A stretch of DNA of 62,499 nucleotides, the filler included, from Actinomycetota bacterium (GTDB lineage: Bacteria; Actinomycetota; CADDZG01; JAHWKV01; JAOPZY01), in the NCBI GenBank assembly GCA_025963875.1. It is 5 parts of 5 records of this genome, joined end to end, with 100 filler letters (N's around TTAATTAATTAA, not from the genome) between each part and the next. Parts side by side here need not be neighbours in the genome. Positions count along the whole stretch, not along the records: positions 51,486 to 62,499 come from JAOPZY010000128.1; 4 more parts are not named here. One strand, 5' to 3'. The translations under genes were made by a program, and so were the position numbers. The notes beneath the pieces are model-generated. The model made no database searches, was not told where the DNA came from, and saw only the letters and a program-made list of their open reading frames with translations. Shown in pieces: positions 57,502 through 62,499 of this stretch (positions are counted from its first letter, which is position 1; each line of letters begins with the position of its first letter).

Positions 57502-59982
57502 GTGGCGACCCGTACCGGACCTGCGTTCACCGTGGCGACGCCGCGGCCGTTGCCCGCCGAGCGAGAGGGCGACCACTGGGTGGTGGAGGCAGCCGGCAGG
57601 CGGGTCAAGCTCACCAACCTCGCCAAGGTCTACTGGCCCGATGAGGGCTACACCAAGGGCGACCTGCTCGCCCACTACTTCAACGTCAGCCAGGCGATCC
57701 TGCCCCACCTGGCGGACCGGACCCTCACGCTCAAGCGGATGCCGGACGGCATCGCCGGGCCCTCCTTCTTCGAGCGACACCCGCCCAAGAGCACGCCGGA
57801 GTGGGTCCCACGCTGCGTCGTCCCCGGCGAGGACGGCAAACCGGCCGAGAACCTCATGGCGAACGACGTCGCGACGCTGCTGTTCGTCGCCAACCTCGGC
57901 TGCATCGACATGCACCCGTCCCACGCCCGCTGCCCCCGCTACGAGGAGCCGGACTGGATGGTCTTCGACCTCGATCCGATGCCCCCGTCGAGCTTCGCCG
58001 AGGCGGCGTCCGTGGCCCGCCACGTCCGGGCCGCCCTCGACTCCCTCGGGCTCAAGGGGTACCCGAAGACCTCCGGCGCCACGGGCGTGCAGATCTTCGT
58101 CCCGGTGGCGCCCGGCCATTCCTACGAGCAGACGAGGGGCGTCGCCGGCGCCATCGGCCGCCTGATCGCCGCCGCCGCCCCCGATGCCGCCACGCTGGAG
58201 TGGGACACGAGCCAGCGTGGCGGCAAGGTCTTCATCGACTACAAGATGAACCGGCGGGCCGCGAGCCTGGCGTCGGTGTATTCCGTGCGCCCGGAGCCGG
58301 CGGCGACGGTCTCGACTCCCCTGACCTGGGAGGAGCTGGAGGGGGGCGCCTCTGCAAGGGACTTCACGATCGTCACGATCCACGACCGGCTCGCCGCCAC
58401 GGGCGACCTCTTCGCTCCCGTGCTGGCAGGCGGCCAGGACCTGCACCCCATCCTTGCGGCGCTCGGCCTGAGCGACGATCCCCCGCCGGCCGCAGCGGCT
58501 GCGAGCGCCACGAAAGACTACGCGGCCAAGCGATCCTTCACCGAGACCCCCGAGCCCCCGCCGGAGGTCGCCGGCGACGTCGACGTGGCCCGGGCCCGCC
58601 CCGGCGACACCTTCGTCATCCACCAGCACTACGCGACCCGGCTGCACCACGACCTGCGCCTCGAGATGTTCAACGGCGCCACCCCCGTCCTCGTCTCGTG
58701 GGCCGTGCCCAAGGGACTGCCCCGGCGCAAGGGGGTGAAGACCCTCGCCATCCACGTCGAGGACCACCCCTTCGAGTACGGGAGCTTCTCCGGGTCGATC
58801 CCGGAGGGCAATTACGGCGCCGGAGAGGTGCGGATCTTCGACGAGGGCCGCTACGAGCTCCTCGAGCAGAAGCCCGGCAAGCTGACCTTCCGCCTCGACG
58901 GCAAGCGCCTGCACGCCACGTACCACCTGATCAGGACGAGGGAGGAGTCCGGCAAGGAGCAGTGGCTGGCGATGCTGAGCGAGGACCACGCACCACCGCC
59001 CGACCCGCTTCCGCCCCCGGAGCCAATGCTGGCGACTCCTGCGAAGGAGCCGTTCGACGACGACCGGTGGGCATTCGAGCCGAAGCTGGACGGCATCCGG
59101 GCGTTCGCCTACTGCGACGAGGCCACGAGGCTGATGTCCCGCAACGGGGGGGACATCACCGTCGCCTACCCGGAGCTGCACAAGGTGCACGAGCGCCTGG
59201 TGGCACTGGACGCCGTTGTCGACGGGGAGATCGTCGCCATGGTCGACGGCGTGCCGTCGTTCGAGGCGCTCCAGAGCCGGATGCACGTCCGCAACGAGCG
59301 GGACATCCAACGGCTCTCGCGCCAGGTGCCGGTTGCCTACGTAGCCTTCGATCTGCTCTACCTCGATGGGCGGTCCCGCATCGACCTGCCCTACACCGAG
59401 CGCCGCCGGCTGCTGGAGGAGACGATCGTGCCCACCGGCACCGTCCAGCTCTCCACATCCGTCGTCGGCCGCGGCGTCGCCATGTACGAGGCAGCCAAGG
59501 AGCGCAACCTCGAGGGCATCGTCGCCAAGCGGCTCGCCTCCACCTACGAGCTCGGCCGCCGCAGCCAGAGCTGGCTCAAGGTGAAGACCTCCCACGACGC
59601 CGATCTCGTCATCGGCGGCTGGAGCCCCGGCCAGGGCAAGCGTGACGGCACGCTGGGGGCCCTGCACATGGGCGCCTACGACGAGACGGGGGAACTGCTT
59701 TTCGTCGGATCTGTGGGGACCGGTTTCAATGAGCGCACCCTCGACGACCTCCTCGCCCGGCTCCAGGCCCTGGCCATCCCCGAGTCGCCGTTCTCCCCCG
59801 AGTCGACGAAGGAGATCCGCCGGCTGAGCCCGGTCGCGCGTTGGGTGCGGCCGGAACTGGTGGCCATCGTGGAGTTCCGCCAGCTCACCTCCGCGCTCAG
59901 GCTGCGGGCGGCGTCGTTCAAGGGGCTACGAACCGATAAGGCCCCCGCGGAATGCACCGTCGCGGCGCTCCGGGAAGCCTGA
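57502..59982 (+). CDS. ligD: NHEJ DNA ligase D (Pol-PE-Ligase order)
   Basis: Pol (LTNL.KVYWP, FDLDP, KTSG..G), PE (Y.AKR.F.ETPEP, H.ATRLHHDLRLE, SWAVPKG, VEDHP), ligase (EPKLDG.R, EGIVAKR, WLKVK). Confidence 0.95.
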   Translation: MATRTGPAFTVATPRPLPAEREGDHWVVEAAGRRVKLTNLAKVYWPDEGYTKGDLLAHYFNVSQAILPHLADRTLTLKRMPDGIAGPSFFERHPPKSTPEWVPRCVVPGEDGKPAENLMANDVATLLFVANLGCIDMHPSHARCPRYEEPDWMVFDLDPMPPSSFAEAASVARHVRAALDSLGLKGYPKTSGATGVQIFVPVAPGHSYEQTRGVAGAIGRLIAAAAPDAATLEWDTSQRGGKVFIDYKMNRRAASLASVYSVRPEPAATVSTPLTWEELEGGASARDFTIVTIHDRLAATGDLFAPVLAGGQDLHPILAALGLSDDPPPAAAAASATKDYAAKRSFTETPEPPPEVAGDVDVARARPGDTFVIHQHYATRLHHDLRLEMFNGATPVLVSWAVPKGLPRRKGVKTLAIHVEDHPFEYGSFSGSIPEGNYGAGEVRIFDEGRYELLEQKPGKLTFRLDGKRLHATYHLIRTREESGKEQWLAMLSEDHAPPPDPLPPPEPMLATPAKEPFDDDRWAFEPKLDGIRAFAYCDEATRLMSRNGGDITVAYPELHKVHERLVALDAVVDGEIVAMVDGVPSFEALQSRMHVRNERDIQRLSRQVPVAYVAFDLLYLDGRSRIDLPYTERRRLLEETIVPTGTVQLSTSVVGRGVAMYEAAKERNLEGIVAKRLASTYELGRRSQSWLKVKTSHDADLVIGGWSPGQGKRDGTLGALHMGAYDETGELLFVGSVGTGFNERTLDDLLARLQALAIPESPFSPESTKEIRRLSPVARWVRPELVAIVEFRQLTSALRLRAASFKGLRTDKAPAECTVAALREA

Positions 59983-61089
59983 CCCGGCCGATCCCACAGG
60001 TTCAAGGGTCGACGGCGGGACCACGGGAGCCAGTGCCCTCTGGCGGGGCAGACGCTCCGCGGCCACCATGCGGTAGATCCACTCGTAGCCGTCGACCATC
60101 CTGGCGGTGTCGAACGTGGCCTCCGCCCGGCGCCGGCAGTCCGCCGGCAAGATCTGCCGCGACCGGTGGACCGCCTCGGGAAGGGCGGCCGGTTGGTCGA
60201 CGATCCAGCCCGTCACGCCGTGGGCCACGACCTCCGGTACGGAGCCGTTCCGCGTGGCGACCACTGGCGTGCCGCAGGCAAGGGCCTCGACCATGACGAT
60301 GCCGAACGGCTCCCGCCACTGGATTGGATTCAACAGGCAGCGCGCCCTTGAGAGCAGGTCCTTCTTCTCGTTGCCGGCCACCGGTCCGATCCACTCGACG
60401 CCGGGGCCCAGGCGGGGGGCCACCTCGGCGGCGAAGTACTCCTGCTCGGCCGGCTCGGTGCATTTCGCCGCCACGACGATCGTCACCCCCGCCTTCCTGG
60501 CGGCATCGATGGCCAGGTGCACCCCCTTCTCGGCACACATGCGACCGAGGAAGAGCACGTAGTCCTCCTTCTGCTCGCGGTAGGGATACTCGGCCACCGG
60601 GATGCCGTTGTAGACCGTGCCAACCCAGGGCAGGTCCTCGGCTTCGCCTCGCTGCGACCACGAGATGGCGACCATATCGATGTGCGGCGCCGCCAAGCGG
60701 TAGTACTCTCCCAGTTCCCCGGCCATCGGCCCGTGAGCGGTGGCGACGGTGGGCGCGGCTCGGGCAGGGGCCAGCAGGGGTCCAGCGAGCATGTGGGTGT
60801 GAATGACGTCCACCGCGATCCCGTCGAGGGCCCGGGCACACCTTGCCGCGTGCAGGACCTCCGGCAGGGACTCGCCGAGACGCTCGCTCGGGGGACGCTC
60901 ATAGGATTGGAAAAACCTGGCGTCGGTGTGGCTGCGACCTGCGCCGATCAGCGTGACGTGGTGGCCGCGGGCGATCAGACCATCGACCAGCCAGTAGCAG
61001 AGCCACTCGATGCCTCCGTAGCCGTGGGGCGGGATCTCGAACCAGGGCGGCGCCTCGATGGCGACATGAAGCTTGCTGGAACCTTGCAC
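59926..61089 (-). CDS. Glycosyltransferase family 4
   Basis: PPWFEIPP.GYGGIE, FLGRM..EKG, W.EPFGIVMVEALACGTPV; 3' end overlaps ligD by 57 bp. Confidence 0.92.
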   Translation of the reverse strand: MQGSSKLHVAIEAPPWFEIPPHGYGGIEWLCYWLVDGLIARGHHVTLIGAGRSHTDARFFQSYERPPSERLGESLPEVLHAARCARALDGIAVDVIHTHMLAGPLLAPARAAPTVATAHGPMAGELGEYYRLAAPHIDMVAISWSQRGEAEDLPWVGTVYNGIPVAEYPYREQKEDYVLFLGRMCAEKGVHLAIDAARKAGVTIVVAAKCTEPAEQEYFAAEVAPRLGPGVEWIGPVAGNEKKDLLSRARCLLNPIQWREPFGIVMVEALACGTPVVATRNGSVPEVVAHGVTGWIVDQPAALPEAVHRSRQILPADCRRRAEATFDTARMVDGYEWIYRMVAAERLPRQRALAPVVPPSTLEPVGSAGSGFPERRDGAFRGGLIGS

Positions 61090-61256
61090 GGAGCCTCCTT
61101 CTGCACGATCGCCCTCCTGAACGGCTCGGAATAATATACGAACTCTGTAACGATAGAGTGAACAGGACTGCTTGGGTAGGGCTGGGGTTTGGGTCGGACC
61201 GACAGGCAGGGCAGATACTTGTCCCCGACCGTCAAGTGTGGGCAGAATCCGCCCCT

Positions 61257-61970
61257 ATGTTTTTTCAGCTTTTTCATACCCACCGGGTGCCCGGGGCTCT
61301 CGTGCTCACCGCAGTTCTCGCTTTAGCCCTGCCAGGCTGCTCCAAGTCCCACAAGAAGCCGGCGGCTCAACCCAAGGCCTCGGCAACGCCAACCCCCTCC
61401 CCGTCCCCGTCGCCCAGCCCGCCGGAAGCTTCCGCCAACTTCGTGGCCAACGGCGTGGCGGCGGTGGACTCCCAGGACCGGCCCGCCGCCAACGCCGTGG
61501 CGAACGACGTGGCCACGCACGTGCTGGCGACCCTGAACGAGTTCTACAACATCGGTTTCCTGCACCCGAGCCGTTGGGGTGGGGGCAGCTTCCCCGACCT
61601 CCAGGGGCTCTTCACGCCCGACGCCCGCTACACCGTGGCGCCCAACCTCCCAACCCTGTCGCTGGGCCCCGTGGCCAACGTGCTGGCGAAGGTCGACCCA
61701 ACGCTGCAGCACGCAGGGATCATCGCCGTCCTCATCGAGCAGAACCAGGGCGCCTCGTATGCGACGGTCTCTACCCGGTTCGAGGGGAAGGGGACCCCCA
61801 CGGACAAGGCCGCCGACCCCATCAGCGTCGGCCAGAGCGCGCAGTTCATGATCGACGTGGGGAACGGCTACCGGATCGCCGGCTACGACATCACGACGCA
61901 GATCGACAGCGTGGCCAAGTCGGCCTCCTACCATCCCCCCGGGACACTCGCCCTGGAGGGCCAACGGTGA
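61257..61970 (+). CDS. Putative lipoprotein
   Basis: LALALPGC lipobox, PS/PT linker, globular domain; coupled to the LCP gene by GTGA. Confidence 0.75.
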   Translation: MFFQLFHTHRVPGALVLTAVLALALPGCSKSHKKPAAQPKASATPTPSPSPSPSPPEASANFVANGVAAVDSQDRPAANAVANDVATHVLATLNEFYNIGFLHPSRWGGGSFPDLQGLFTPDARYTVAPNLPTLSLGPVANVLAKVDPTLQHAGIIAVLIEQNQGASYATVSTRFEGKGTPTDKAADPISVGQSAQFMIDVGNGYRIAGYDITTQIDSVAKSASYHPPGTLALEGQR

Positions 61971-62499
61971 GGAAGCTGGTTCGGCTCATCGGTGCCCTCC
62001 TGGCCTCCACGGTCGCCCTCTGGGGAGCGAACGCAGTGCTCCAGCCAGCCCAGTCCCAGACACCATCGCCCACCGTGACCCTCGTCCACGTCAAGGGCAA
62101 CGTCCTGTTCCCGACGCCACAGAGCGGCATGACCTTCATCGGGCTGATCGGGAGCGACGCCCCCACCGGCACGCCGGATGTTGGCGGAGGCTGCGACGCC
62201 ATCCACATCATCGCCGTCAACTCCGCCTCAAAGGCCGTGACGATCCTCAACTTCCCCCGCGACAGCTTCATCGGCGGCCGCAAGATCACCGACATCTGCC
62301 GCAGCGGCGGGTTCGACGTGGGCATCGCCACCCTCCGCCAGGTCACCGGGATCCCGATCCAGTTCTACGCCCACACCAACTTCAGCAACTTCATGCCGTT
62401 GATCGACGCCGTCGGGGGCCTGGACATCCACGTCTACCAGCCCATGCACAACCCCGCGGACACGGGCACCCACTTCGACCCGGGCGACTACCACATGCT
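61967..62499 (+). CDS. LCP (LytR-CpsA-Psr) family protein, partial
   Basis: Manual translation IGSD...DAIHIIAVN...ILNFPRDS...VTGIPIQFY...F..F..LIDAVGGL. Confidence 0.85.
   Translation, partial: MRKLVRLIGALLASTVALWGANAVLQPAQSQTPSPTVTLVHVKGNVLFPTPQSGMTFIGLIGSDAPTGTPDVGGGCDAIHIIAVNSASKAVTILNFPRDSFIGGRKITDICRSGGFDVGIATLRQVTGIPIQFYAHTNFSNFMPLIDAVGGLDIHVYQPMHNPADTGTHFDPGDYHM

Noticed and set aside
59926..59982. Functional significance of the ligD/GT4 3' overlap
   Set aside because: Short convergent overlaps are common in GC-rich genomes, and the GT4 tail looks non-conserved.

Overview
High-GC, Actinomycetota-like sequence. It is five contigs joined by artificial 100-nt N/TTAATTAATTAA linkers (16436-16535, 32781-32880, 39584-39683, 51386-51485), so adjacency across linkers means nothing. 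Contig 1: tRNA-Tyr, a PspC two-component envelope-stress locus, GAF-ANTAR/STAS/OB-fold genes, a potassium cluster (two TrkA plus two tandem KimA-like permeases, each with a duplicated cytoplasmic domain), an AbiEi/DUF559-like gene and a glutamine synthetase-family gene. Contig 2: an unusually long glmS, glmM, rplM-rpsI, the infA-rpmJ-rpsM-rpsK-rpsD-rpoA-rplQ-truA operon, a GT2, a DMFase-beta-like protein, a ZIP transporter with DtxR/MntR-type boxes and a YVTN propeller. Contigs 3-4: accessory LuxR-regulator/hydrolase clusters with pseudogenes, a phosphoesterase, stand-alone cheB-cheR and htrA. Contig 5: an unknown helical-repeat protein, a lhr-fpg/nei pair divergent from ligD, a GT4, a lipoprotein and an LCP protein. 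The strongest unexplained signals are (i) a dispersed family of ~45-50 bp two-stem hairpins, some of which bracket single accessory genes including the AbiEi/DUF559-like gene, and (ii) a covarying mini-hairpin found both intergenically and inserted in frame in glmM. All calls come from reading motifs by eye; no database searches were run.
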